DNA from: Octopus bimaculoides
Taxonomy: Eukaryota
DNA length: 64,000 nucleotides
Assembly (NCBI RefSeq): GCF_001194135.2
Contig: NC_068989.1
Span: 19,260,064-19,324,063, forward strand
Reading direction: 5' to 3'
The position numbers were made by a program, and so were the translations under genes. Within the stretch, counting starts at the first letter, position 1. Each line of letters opens with the position of its first letter. The notes beneath the pieces are model-generated. The model did not search any database. It had not been told where the DNA came from and saw only the letters and a list, made by a program, of their open reading frames with translations. Below are positions 51,690 through 63,835 of this stretch, piece by piece.

Positions 51690-53225
51690 AATTAATTCAA
51701 GACAGTTTCTTATCTTTTACTTGTTTCAGTCATAAGACTACAGCCATGCTGGGGCAGTGCCTTGAGAAATTTCTCCCTCTCTCTCACACATACACACACA
51801 TGTGCACACACACTCATTTGATGCAGCTTGTTCAGGAGTTTAAGAGTCCCTAAGTATTTGTATATTCTCATCATTGGAAGCCTTCCTGGCTGCCATTTGA
51901 TTTGGGTTTTCATTTGCACAGGACTTTCTTTTCCTCACTGCAGCCTTGGCTCTTTTGATTGCAATCTGGTCTTCTGTTGGCAGAGATTTATTTTTATGAG
52001 GCATACTGCTGCTGTATGCAATAGGCAACAATAAACTACAGAAGAACTGAAAATTGATTGCTGCATTTAAGTATTACATTGATATTTTAAGCCTACCTTT
52101 TAAAAAGTTTAACAATAATTTTTCTGCTGTCACTGAATTTAAAGACAATTTGATGTACGTAGGTCCTTACTTTTCGTACAAATAATTATTTCTATTTCAT
52201 GGGTGACTTTTGCAGGATTTCACAATTTATTTTGATTATTCCCAAATTTATTTCCGAGTTATAAAAATTGTTATATTAATATGCTAGTACCTACGTGGTT
52301 ACATAGGTACGTACCTGTGGTGTGTGTCGCACTTAGTTGAAGATGTAAAAAGAGAGAAATGAAACTTGTTAATCAGAAGAAGTATAGTTGAAGTAAGAGG
52401 CAAAGCGGCAAAGAATAGGGAGTAAGAGGGAGTGAGAGAGAGAGAGAAAGAGAGAGGACATTGATAGAACTGAGAGGTAAGAGAAATATACGGCATTAAT
52501 GCAGGAGAAAGATTAGAGGCAAGGAGACATAGAGGAGAGAGAGAGAAAGAGTGAACGAAAGGAGTGGATAGAGAATGATAGTGAAAGAGAATGAAGCTAT
52601 TCTTGGAGAGAAGACGCTGGAAACCTTTTCATTTTGTACGATATATGATAAAGCCATTGTGACAGTTATTCTTTGCCATTTGAAAGGTATTTGTATAAAA
52701 TTTCATTAAAACATTCCAATTTTCCTGAAAGTTATGAGGCAGAAAATGTCGGGTCCTGTGAATTTTCCGAAACTCTTCTCCCTAACCCCTCAGAAAAATT
52801 TTTTCCAACATATCTTAACATACACTCAGTCAACAGGATCTAAGTGATTATTTACGGAATTTATGAGGTAACAAAGTAGTAACAATGTAGTTATGCCCAT
52901 AGTTATTTGATTTTTTAGTATATGAAGTTACTAGTTACAGATGCTTGCATTTTTTAATGTTTTCCATGAAGTTTTCATGGGTCCAGCTAGTAAAAATTGC
53001 TATCATACAAAAAGATGTGTCGCAAAAAATCGCCAAAAACAATCCCAATACTGAAAACTTGGGAATCCAAAATTTCAGGATTCCGGGTCCAAACTCAGCT
53101 GGGAATGTTTTTAATTTACTCACGGAGTCGGCCTGATTCCAAAATGGTATGATATGTTAGGCTATGGCATCTTGGAATAAAGTTGAAAAAGTGTGACACA
53201 CTGACATTCACATTTATTATATCAT

Positions 53226-53227
<2 letters not shown>

Positions 53228-53302
<75 letters not shown>
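53228..53302. repeat. (TA)n microsatellite
   Basis: Direct. Confidence 0.95.
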
Positions 53303-53305
<3 letters not shown>

Positions 53306-53715
53306 CTCTCTCTTTTTACTCTTTTACTTGTTTCAGTCATTTGACTGCGGCCATGCTGGAGCACCGCCTTTAGCCGAGCAAATCGACCCCAGGACTTATT
53401 CTTTGTAAGCCTAGTACTTATTCTATCTGTCTCTTTTGCTGAACCGCTAATTTACGGGGACGTAAACACACCAGCATCGGTTGTCAAGCGATGTTGGGGG
53501 GACAAACACAGACACACAAACACACACATACACATACATATACATATATACGACGGGCTTCTTTCAGTTTCCGTCTACCAAATCCACTCACAAGGCTTTG
53601 GTCAGCCTGAGGCTATAGTAGAAGACACTTGTCCAGGGTGCCACGCAGTGGGACTGAACCCGGAACCATGTGGTTGGTAAGCAAGCTACTTACCACACAG
53701 CCACTCCTGTGCCTA
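53303..53715 (-). mobile_element. SINE family A (young-looking)
   Basis: Full length and CpG-retaining. Confidence 0.9.
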
Positions 53716-54197
53716 TGTATATATGCATACTAAATTTGTAAATTTGTTTATGGTAGAGTGCATTTTTTTTTTTTCAATTGAAGATGGGTATGGGACAAAA
53801 ATGGTTAAGAAACACTACTCTAGGGATATTGGAGAGGAAGAAAGACAGAAAGACAGTCAGAGAAAAAGAGAGAGAGAGAGATGGACAGAGAGGGATTGTT
53901 GTATAGATGTGTCTGTGTGTCCTGTGTGATGGACTTATCTCTGTGCTCTTCGAGAGATACTGAGAAGAGAGTGAAAGTGGGAGTGAGATGTTGTGTATAC
54001 ATGTCTGTGTGATGGACCTAGATGTGTGTTCCTCTAGAGATAGTGAGAAGAGAGAGAGAGAGAGAGAGAAAGAGAGAAGTAGGAAGAGGTACATCATTGT
54101 GCAGACATGTCTATTTCTGTGTCCATAGTGAGGCAGCCGAGTAAATACAGAAGAAGAAGTACAGAATATATAAACATAATCAAAATAACATTAGATA

Positions 54198-54255
<58 letters not shown>

Positions 54256-55854
54256 AAAAACAGGCTAAAAAAATATACAAAGGCAATAACAAAAAACAGA
54301 AACAAGCATGCATGCATCTCCACACACGTACGCATTCATACACGCACACACATGCCATGCATATGCTTTACATACACTGGCACATGGCATTTTATCCCCT
54401 TCACCCCTTACTTAACAACANNNNNNNNNNNNNNNNNNNNNNNNNNNNNNNNNNNNNNNNNNNNNNNNNNNNNNNNNNNNNNNNNNNNNNNNNNNNNNNN
54501 NNNNNNNNNNNNNNNNNNNNNNNNNNNNNNNNNNNNNNNNNNNNNNNNNNNNNNNNNNNNNNNNNNNNNNNNNNNNNNNNNNNNNNNNNNNNNNNNNNNN
54601 NNNNNNNNNNNNNNNNNNNNNNNNNNNNNNNNNNNNNNNNNNNNNNNNNNNNNNNNNNNNNNNNNNNNNNNNNNNNNNNNNNNNNNNNNNNNNNNNNNNN
54701 NNNNNNNNNNNNNNNNNNNNNNNNNNNNNNNNNNNNNNNNNNNNNNNNNNNNNNNNNNNNNNNNNNNNNNNNNNNNNNNNNNNNNNNNNNNNNNNNNNNN
54801 NNNNNNNNNNNNNNNNNNNNNNNNNNNNNNNNNNNNNNNNNNNNNNNNNNNNNNNNNNNNNNNNNNNNNNNNNNNNNNNNNNNNNNNNNNNNNNNNNNNN
54901 NNNNNNNNNNNNNNNNNNNNNNNNNNNNNNNNNNNNNNNNNNNNNNNNNNNNNNNNNNNNNNNNNNNNNNNNNNNNNNNNNNNNNNNNGAATGCAAAAAC
55001 AACAACAACAACAACGATTGTTGTTGTTGTTGTTTCTGCTGTTGCTACTGCGGTTTTTTCATGCAACTGTCCCTTGTTTTACACAGATGTGTTTTTTTGC
55101 TGTTGTCGTCAGTGCAGCTGTTGCAGCTACATCTGTTGTTAGTATCGTTGTTGTTCTCATGTTGTGGTGTTACTGCTGGTGTTGTTATTATTTATTTATC
55201 AGTTATTTATTGTTGCTTGTGTAGCTTTTGCTACTGTTGCAGTCCTAAACCTCTGCCCCCCCCCACTCCCGCTATTTAGCTGTATTTAAGCAGACATATA
55301 TATCATGTTGTTAACCAATCAAATACTTGAGGACGTCTCCCATAGTCCTAAACTTCCCTCCTGTCCCCTTGCTACCATACAATTATTATTAGTTGTTATT
55401 GTAGTGCAGTCAGACTCAGGTCGTGTCAAATGTTGTTTTCATATCCAACTTGCTGTTGTTGTTGCTGGCGGCAGTATTGTTGCTTTCGTCACTTTTAGTT
55501 GCAGTTGTTACTGTTGCAGCCTGCGTTTCTTGTTCCTGCTGTTATTACTGTTGTTTAAGCACCAGATCAGACAGTTCAGTTCTGATTGCCCTGTCTTTTA
55601 CTCAGACTGTCCAATGTATTCTTTAAGGAAGATTTAGCAGCTATTTTTAGCAGGCCTATCGACTGGAGTTGTTGCTACATTGTATGAGCTCTACAAGACC
55701 AACAGACTTATATTACACATACAGCTGTTCGATCAGCAAAACTAACCATGGTCATCTTCAATATATTACTTACTGGTCAGTTATCTGTCTGAAAACCCGA
55801 GATGCCAAACTTTCCATTTGGGATTTGATGAACATGTAAAAATTATCTCACTAC

Positions 55855-56169
55855 TTGTAAAGAATGAAAAGTTTAGAATGGTATAACAATGCACTATAGA
55901 ACAAAAAATGGACTATATACCTGTTGTAACTTGGTTATCTATAGTCCGATGATATTTTGGAATTACAATTCCTTCTTCTGATCTTCTTAGCTGGAGTCTC
56001 TGCTATAAACTGTTTTCCAACAGGAGACTCCAGCTAAGAAGATCTGAAGAAGGAATTGTAATTCTGAAATATCATCGGACTATAGATAACCAAGTTACAA
56101 CAGGTATATAGTCCATTTTTTGTTCTATAGTGCTTTGTTATACCATTCTAAACTTTTTATTCTTTACAA
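55855..56169. repeat. Long inverted repeat (146-bp arms, 23-nt spacer), possibly a Penelope-like inverted pseudo-LTR pair
   Basis: Arm 55855-56000 is the reverse complement of 56024-56169 with 5 mismatches by manual alignment. Confidence 0.9.
56041..56076 (+). ncRNA. Minimal type-I hammerhead ribozyme motif
   Basis: GAT-CTGAAGA-A-GGAAT-tgta-ATTCT-GAAA-TA-TC-ATC: core CUGANGA (56044-56050), helix II, GAAA (56066-56069), palindromic ATAT in place of helix III, UC cleavage site (C56073) and a 3-bp helix I (GAT/ATC). Confidence 0.5.
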
Positions 56170-56825
56170 ACAATACACAATGCTTCAAGCGAACTACAAT
56201 ACTCTCTTATCTCACTACTGTATTTTCCAGCATACAAGTTAAATTTTTCAGATCAAAATCTACAGTCAAGAAAGCTATGTCAACTTATTACACCAAGACA
56301 ACTTTGGGGGACCAAAATATGCATGGAGGCACTGGTGCAAAAGTGTGTGTGTGTGTGCGCACATCATCAACAGTTTTATGTCCGTTTTTCATTACTGATG
56401 TGGTTTACACACCATGTTTACACCATATACTATGTTGACTTGCATGCTCGAAAATTCGGTAGTTTATGCAGGTGTTGTTTAGCCCATGGTCTAACCTAAT
56501 CCAACTGACCCTAACCCTATGATTAAAATCACTCCAGCTGTTACAATACTATCTTTTTCCTTGTTTTTTTTTTTTTATATACCTTATCTAGAATTCCATT
56601 ATCCAATTCTAAAATAAAAAAAAGAGTACTACAAACAAAGCAGTAGGTTGTAGTATGAAAGAGATTTTGGCTGATATTTCTTGCATGTTGAAAAATTGCA
56701 TAGAAATCTCTGTCATTAGCTTGTTGCTGTTGTTGTTACAGATGTATGTGGTTCGTGCCATCAGTCGAGAGCCTTGCTTATTGGTTCTGTTAGTTCATCC
56801 CCATCCTCCTTCCCTGTCTCTGTAC

Positions 56826-56895
56826 CGTAGTGCAGCCACGTGCTGTCTGTCTGCAGCTGATTGTTGTACGGCAGGCAGCCTGGCAAAGCATGGAG
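56826..56895 (-). CDS. Putative antisense exon: LHALPGCLPYNNQLQTDSTWLHY
   Basis: GC-richer island. Acceptor tctgtctgtgttttag|, donor G|GTACAG, phase 0->1. Confidence 0.3.
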
Positions 56896-57253
56896 CTAAA
56901 ACACAGACAGACAGAAAGGAAGCTGATAACACACATAAAAGTAAACAAATAACAACAGGGTGAGGTGTGTGTGTGTGAAGGGTGGTGGTGGTAGAGATGG
57001 GGGAGTGTGGCAAAGCAAGATGAAGTGGAGGTGACAGAGGGGGGAAGGATGAGATAGAATGCAATAGCAATTAACAAAAGGAATGTTGCAGGAGCCTCGT
57101 GTCTCAAGTTTTCTTCTTTTTCTGATATCTTGAACAGTGACTGCTTGACAAAGTTTATTGACATATGTAGGCCTCTACATGCATATGTATACGCACACAC
57201 ATGCATGCACACTTATACACGCATAATGTGTGTGTGTGTATATATATCATTAT

Positions 57254-57314
<61 letters not shown>

Positions 57315-57431
57315 TACACATCATCTTGTGATGCTCCTGCACACGTCATCAGTGATTGTACCTGGGATATTTAGGGGTTGTAGGTCTTCAGTATGGGCCG
57401 GGGGCATACATTTTGTTTGACATGCTTTTAA

Positions 57432-57661
57432 CCCTTTATTGTTCAGATTATTCTGTTAAATGTAATGCTTTTTTTTTAATCCAAATTGTTTCAAATTAAT
57501 TATGCATTATCTTGCAGCTTTGAGGATCTGATGATGTGATTGTTTTTTTTTTTTTCTAGAATGTTAGTGTAGGTTTGGTGTGAGAGGTTAGATGTGGCCA
57601 GTTTGAATGTAAAAGATGTAGAATATTTGAGCTTGATCTGGTCAGTTTAAATGCTAGAAGG
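57432..57661. mobile_element. piggyBac-like MITE, reverse orientation
   Basis: TTAA|CCCTTT ... ATGCTAGAAGG|TTAA; body is the reverse complement of the 50377 copy. Confidence 0.7.
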
Positions 57662-57799
57662 TTAACCTAGGGTAATTTCTGACAGAAGATGACTGATGTT
57701 GCAACATTATATTATTCAATGCGATTGGGTATTATTTGCGAATATTAGACATGTATTTCTCAATGGTCATATAATTATGTAAAAGCTTAAGGTGACAAA

Positions 57800-57990
57800 A
57801 CATGCTGGGCAAAAATCCTGGCGGAATTTCTTCTGTCCTTATATTCTGAATTCAAATTCTGCCAAGGTCGACTGTGCCTCTCATCTTTTCGGGGTTGATA
57901 AAATAAGTATCAGTCATGTACTGGGACCAATGTAATTGACTTGCACCCTCCTCTAAAATGTCAGGCCTTGTGCCTGTAATAGAAAGGACA
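57800..57990 (+). mobile_element. SINE family C
   Basis: Consensus match. Confidence 0.75.
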
Positions 57991-58729
57991 TAATTATCTA
58001 AAAGCTTAACTTGTACATTAGATATATAAGATAACATGCTGCCTACAGCCCTAGTTATGTTCTACAAGAGTTATCTACTCCATAAAATGTTTACTTGATT
58101 ATGTACACTATTCATATATCCACCTCTATCATAATACTACACAACACCAGTAAGAGGTAACATATGTTCCCAGATAATTTGCTGCAGCAATTGTAGAAAA
58201 TCGTATCAGTTTTAGGCTATCAGATCACATTTTGTCACACTTGAAATGTTTAGAGAATAACTTAGTTATTGATATCCTTAATAATATTCCCCCTCCTCCT
58301 CTTCCTCCTCCTACTATGTTGTATAGTCTCTACATTATATCTTAAAGTGCAAAATCTTAGTTGCATTCTATGTTTACTATTCAATATTCCCTCATATCTA
58401 AAAATAAGCATTTCTTTTTACAAGAAATTTTTAAGTGTATCTCTGCCATGATGTTTGCATTCTTTTCTGTGACTTTCTTGGATAGCAAATGATACACTAT
58501 CATATCTAATACTGATGAAGTACTTGTCCCTTTACTTTGTACCTTTAATTCTGAGACATGCTGTCTGGGTAGGCAAAGTAGGTAGTGGTTACCCAAACTA
58601 AAACTATAGATATTAATTATTCCCTATGAAAAGCAAATTATTTCCAAATCATTATAATAATGCAAATTAAATACATAAAATTAAATGTAAATTCAATAAA
58701 TGGTAAAATTCTGATGTCACTCTCTCTCT

Positions 58730-58896
58730 CTTTTTACTCTTTTACTTGTTTCAGTCATTTGACTGTGGCCATGCTGGAGCACCACCTTTTTTTTTAGTCA
58801 AGCTAATCGACCCCTGGACTTATTCTTTGTAAATCTAGTATTTATTCGGTTGTCAAGCGATGTTGGGGGGGGACAAACACAGACACACAAACATAT

Positions 58897-58929
<33 letters not shown>

Positions 58930-59088
58930 CGATGGGCTTCTTTCAGTTTCCGTCTACCAAATCCACTCACAAGGCTTTGGTCGGCCCGAGGCTACAGTNN
59001 NNNNNNNNGACTTATTCTTTGTAAATCTAGTATTTATTCGGTTGTCAAGCGATGTTGGGGGGGGACAAACACAGACACACAAACATAT

Positions 59089-59121
<33 letters not shown>

Positions 59122-59285
59122 CGATGGGCTTCTTTCAGTTTCCGTCTACCAAATCCACTCACAAGGCTTTGGTCGGCCCGAGGCTACAGTAAAAGACACT
59201 TGCCCAAGGTGCTACGCAGTGGGACTGAAACCGGAACCATGTGGTTGGTAAGCAAGCTACTTACCACACAGCCACTCCTACGCCT
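58730..59285 (-). mobile_element. SINE family A with a 182-bp duplication across an N gap
   Basis: 58817-58998 is identical to 59009-59190. Confidence 0.8.
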
Positions 59286-59759
59286 ACTCAGGCATAATTT
59301 TTCTGTGTTTTTCAAATTGTGTGTGTGTAGGCATGACTGTATGGATAAGAAGTTCACATTAGAGCCACATGACTCGAGTCCACTTCCACTGCATGGACAC
59401 AGTTGGCAGGTCTCCTCTATTATAGCCACGAGTTGGCTAATATCTTGTGAGTGAAATTTGTTAAACTAAAACTGGAAGAAGCCTGTCGTGTGTGTGTATG
59501 TGTGTGTTTGCAACTGAGTGCATATTCCCATTATTTAATTGTAAATAAAGAATCACTGTTCATACAAATGTTATCTTTTCTTTGCAATCCACTGTAAAAG
59601 CATATCTGGGCTGTTCATTGTTTATTGGACTAGGAGAATATTACTTACTTGTGCAAACAGGTGAGAATTGATAACAGGCAGTGCATCTGGCCACAGAAAA
59701 TTCTGCCTGAGCAAATCTTATGTGATCTATGCAAACATGAGTTTTGTAATGAATTTAGT

Positions 59760-61330
59760 TTGAATTTAGTTAGAGGTCCTTTAGGACTTAGATCTCAGTT
59801 GCCCTTCTGTCTTTTATAATTCTCTCAGCCATAACAGAGAAGTTTAAGACTGGCTGCTTATGAAAACTCCTATATGCTGATTATATAATTCTTGTAGCAG
59901 AATCTGTAGTGGAATCTATAGAAGAAATTTGGACATGGAAGCAAAACCTAGAATTGAGAAGCCTCAATGTAAACTTAGCAAAGACCAAAGTATTAATAAA
60001 TAGAAAGAGTGGCTGTGTGGTAAGTAGCTTACTTACCAACCACATGGTTCTGGGTTCAGTCCCACTGCATGGCACCTTGGGCAAGTGTCTTCTACTATAG
60101 CCTCGGGCTGACCAAAGCCTTGTGAGTGGATTTGGTAGACGGAAACTGAAAGAAGCCTGATATATANNNNNNNNNNNNNNNNNNNNNNNNNNNNNNNNNN
60201 NNNNNNNNNNNNNNNNNNNNNNNNNNNNNNNNNNNNNNNNNNNNNNNNNNNNNNNNNNNNNNNNNNNNNNNNNNNNNNNNNNNNNNNNNNNNNNNNNNNN
60301 NNNNNNNNNNTCTGTGTTTGTCCCCCCCCAACATCGCTTGACAACCGATGCTGGTGTGTTTACGTCCCCGTAACTTAGCGGTTCGGCAAAAAAGAGACCG
60401 ATAGAATAAGTACTAGGCTTACAAAGAATAAGTCCTGGGGTCGATTTGTTCGACTAAAGGCGGTGCTCCAGCATGGCCACAGTCAAATGACTGAAACAAG
60501 TAAAAGAGAGTAAAAGAAAAAGAGAAGAGAAAACAGGACCCTGCTATCAAGGAAATGGCTATGCTCAATATATAGAAAAGGAGCTTAGGAATTCCACACA
60601 GTGCCCAGTGTAAACCATCAGCACAAAAGAGGTATTGCAAGATAAAGGCAGCTAATGGAGTAGGCAATCATTACATGTAGCAGGTACTCAAGCACTAAAA
60701 GCGCATGTAAAATAAACTCTTTTATATGCCCAGGTGGTTCTATAAGAGTAGCTGATGGCTTTTGTTACTCAGACACTCTAATTATCAGTGGGGATGGGGT
60801 TTCTGAATGTATTTTTAATCAGAGTGAAAAAGGGGTTGGAAAAGTTTCAGGTTGGTATTTACCTCTGCTAACAACAAAAGGTTTTTTCCTTCAGAGTGAA
60901 AGGTAGATTATATGGTGCTTACGTATGAAGTACAATGTTCCATGATAGTAAGATGTGGGCCTTGAATGCAGAGCATTTGTGAAGACTAGAAAGAAATAAA
61001 GTATGCTCCACTGGATGTGTAATATTAGTGCACATGATTGACACAAAATACAAATGAGCTGAGAGAACAACGGAATGCAAGTTGAATCAAATGTAGTCTG
61101 CAAAAAGGAAAACTGCATTGGTATGCTCATGGGATGCATATAGTGGAGGACAGCTGTATAAAGAAGTGTCATGTGCTCAAAATATACAGAAACAGTGGAA
61201 GATGGAGACCAAGAAAGCCTTAGGATAAAGTGGTGAAGACTGACCTGAACTTGTTGCATCACATTCAAGGGTTGACAAAGGACCACATCAATTGGTGCCG
61301 TCATTGTGGGGGATCTGCATATATTAAAAT
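59760..61330 (+). mobile_element. Decayed RTE LINE interrupted by a SINE A copy
   Basis: KLLYAD..LVAES...WKQNLE...VNLAKTKVL before the SINE; RVKGRLY...MLHWMC...LHWYAH-like segments after it, similar to the 50747 copy. Confidence 0.75.
60009..60525 (+). mobile_element. SINE family A inserted in an RTE LINE
   Basis: Full structure; gap at the internal microsatellite. Confidence 0.85.
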
Positions 61331-62494
61331 TGGTAGAGATGGAGGGCATGTCCATCAAGTATTCGATTGGTTAACAAAACTGGAGAGCATGTTGTGTGTT
61401 TGTGTGTGTATGAGAGAGAGAGAGAGAGAGAGAGAGAAAGAATCAAGTCTACATCTTTTTCTCTCTTTATACTCTCTCATCTCTTTAACACCTCTGTCAA
61501 ACCAATGTCACCCGTCTGTCTATCACCTACACCTCAATGGCTTGTGTCTCCAATACTCATGCCTTTAAGCACTCATCTCTCTATAATTTTTTGTTTCCAT
61601 TTTCATTTTATATTTTGTTATTGGTATGATGAACGATAACCATGCTTCCAGTCTAATTGGATTACTCTGACCTTCTCATCTCTGTAACACTTAACCCCTT
61701 GTATTCCTTACCAACCTCACTCTCCTGCCCATCTCAAGGAGTATATATAAGAGATCACTTCAGATGTTCATGAACACCATACACTCTACCATTAACCCAT
61801 ATACACTTCCTACCCCATGCCCCATCTCTGATCACTTCATATTGGCATCCATCATCCCCACCCCTTACCATTTATCAACCTCTATTACTATCCATTACTT
61901 CCTCGCCTTAATCACTGTTTTTATCATCACACCTTTTTGCCTCCCCTCTACTCATCCTGGTCCTTTTTACTCCCTTTTCTATTCACCTCTTCATCCATGT
62001 AGCTCTGACTGAATGAACACATCATAGTAGTGAAGACTCATTAACCTTTTAGGAAAAAAATCAACCCCACTAGTGCTGGTGCTTCAGTAAAATGCACCCG
62101 GTGCACTCTGGAGTGTGGGGTCAAGAGAGAGCTTGTTCATTTTGTCAAAGAGATGTCAATTTTTCCAGTACTGCTATCAATACGTTCTGTAAATGGGTGG
62201 TAATCAGTGGGGGCTCCAGTTCAGGAAACCCTGGCAAAAATGAAACCTACATGCAAAATGTGGCCCTCTAAGCTATCTTTGAGAGTATTAACTCCAAATA
62301 AAAACTGACTGTGACCCTAACGACCTGTCCAATCTATGCCAATATGGAAAATGGACGTAAAATGGTGATGACATATTTATGCTGGCAAGTAAACAAAAAT
62401 GCTTTGGAGAGGCCAAGTTTCAAATTTACTGTGATCTCCCCATTTGCTAAAAGAATATGTTATCATCCAGGATGAATGAAAGAAATTACTTAAC

Positions 62495-62638
62495 CCTCTT
62501 GCGACACTCAGGCTGATTGGTTGACCCAGGTGATACAAGCTGAAAAGACTCCGAGGCTGATCCATCAGCCCAATGAAGCAAACTCTTTGAAGTGTAATAG
62601 CCAATCAGAGATTGTCTTTCAGTAGATATAAAACTATA
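62495..62638 (-). CDS. Putative antisense exon: YSFISTERQSLIGYYTSKSLLHWADGSASESFQLVSPGSTNQPECRKR
   Basis: 48-codon open frame without internal ATG, phase 0->0. Acceptor (tatag|) lacks a polypyrimidine tract and sits next to (TA)n; donor |GTTAAG (alternative |GTAATT 5 nt further). Confidence 0.35.
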
Positions 62639-62641
62639 CTA

Positions 62642-62713
<72 letters not shown>

Positions 62714-63299
62714 NNNNNNNNNNNNNNNNNNNNNNNNNNNNNNNNNNNNNNNNNNNNNNNNNNNNNTATATATATATATATATATATAGTTTTACATACT
62801 AATAAAGTTGTTTTAGGCATTTATCCTTTGTTTTCTGCATGCACCCATCAATATCAATTTCAGTCTCAACAGAAAAAACATTTTGGTCTTTTTGGCTACA
62901 CATACCAAAACACCATGTGTCTCAAAAAAGTTAAAGACTTGTTGGTATCCAAAGAACAGTTTTACTTAAACAGGAACATATAATATAATTGGGTGCCATT
63001 CTACAAAGCAGTAAAGGACTATTTTCCACCAATAGACAAAGTATTTGTTAAAGATGGTGGAAATATATGTCTTGACTACTTTTTCTATTGATAGTTCAAA
63101 AATGTGTCTGTTGCACCAGAAAGATACTTACACACAGACCTTTCAAAATCACTAAAAATTCAGAGAAGTTTAAGTAAAATAATTAACCTTATTATACTTA
63201 ATGAATGTTTGTTACATAAAATTACGATGTAGGGTTTTTAATTTGAAATTTGAATATCTTAAACCAAGGTAGAGGAAGTCTTAGGTATAGATAACCTAC

Positions 63300-63387
63300 G
63301 TTCCAATATTTCAGTACTTCCTTATTTCTTTTCACTTTCCCAGACATTTCTTTCTTTAAGACATGATCAATCTCTTGCCATCTGATC
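63300..63387 (-). CDS. Putative exon of an unidentified antisense gene: IRWQEIDHVLKKEMSGKVKRNKEVLKYWN
   Basis: Minus strand: ttcctgcatttatgtag| acceptor, |GTAGGT donor. Only one frame open (phase 2->0), protein-like composition, no family recognised. Confidence 0.45.
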
Positions 63388-63835
63388 CTACATAAATGCA
63401 GGAAATTTACCAGACAGTCAATAGGGGTCATAATCCTGTTCTTATTCTTGTTTTTGGAACTGTTGTTGTTTAGTCCCAGGTCAAACCTGATAAAGCAGAT
63501 CTATGATCAATGACCATTCCAAGCCTATGACCAAGCAATCTTTTCTTCTGGAATGGTATATTCCCTGCACATTATACAATGTTTATTTTTCATAAGACAG
63601 TAGAGTGTGGTTTGAGAGAGATATAGCTGCTATTTCTAACAGGACAAATGACTGCATAGATTTTCCTTCATTGGCTAGGTTTGTATTACTGTTGTCAATA
63701 GTGCTGTTGTTGTTGTTGTTGTTAAGCCTGTTTCAGCTGACCTTTGACACATAGATCTACTGATTAAAAAATCCTCGTTAGTTCCATAGATCTAATGCAT
63801 TGCATGTTCCATACCTTCATCTGGCAGGTGCAACC

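Noticed and set aside
52287-52310. Helitron 3' end
   Set aside because: CTAG overlaps the hairpin instead of following it at the usual distance, and no 5' TC end was found.
54312-55224. Long ORFs of 150-290 aa in the ORF track (also at 24560, 34388, 40323 and 50887)
   Set aside because: Length comes from translating N gaps or microsatellites.
56024-56103. + strand exon RLQLRRSEEGIVILKYHRTIDNQVTT with AG/GT ends
   Set aside because: It lies within the palindrome arm, shows no TRIT1 similarity, and its phase-2 start does not fit the phase-1 donor at 33762.
58817-59190. Apparent 182-bp tandem duplication
   Set aside because: The copies are identical, including the same internal deletion and (AT)n length, and flank a 10-N gap; most likely an assembly overlap artefact.
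62520-62610. CCAAT-box cluster as a promoter
   Set aside because: The motifs fall inside a 48-codon open minus-strand frame (LIG, TNQ codons), which explains them at least as well.
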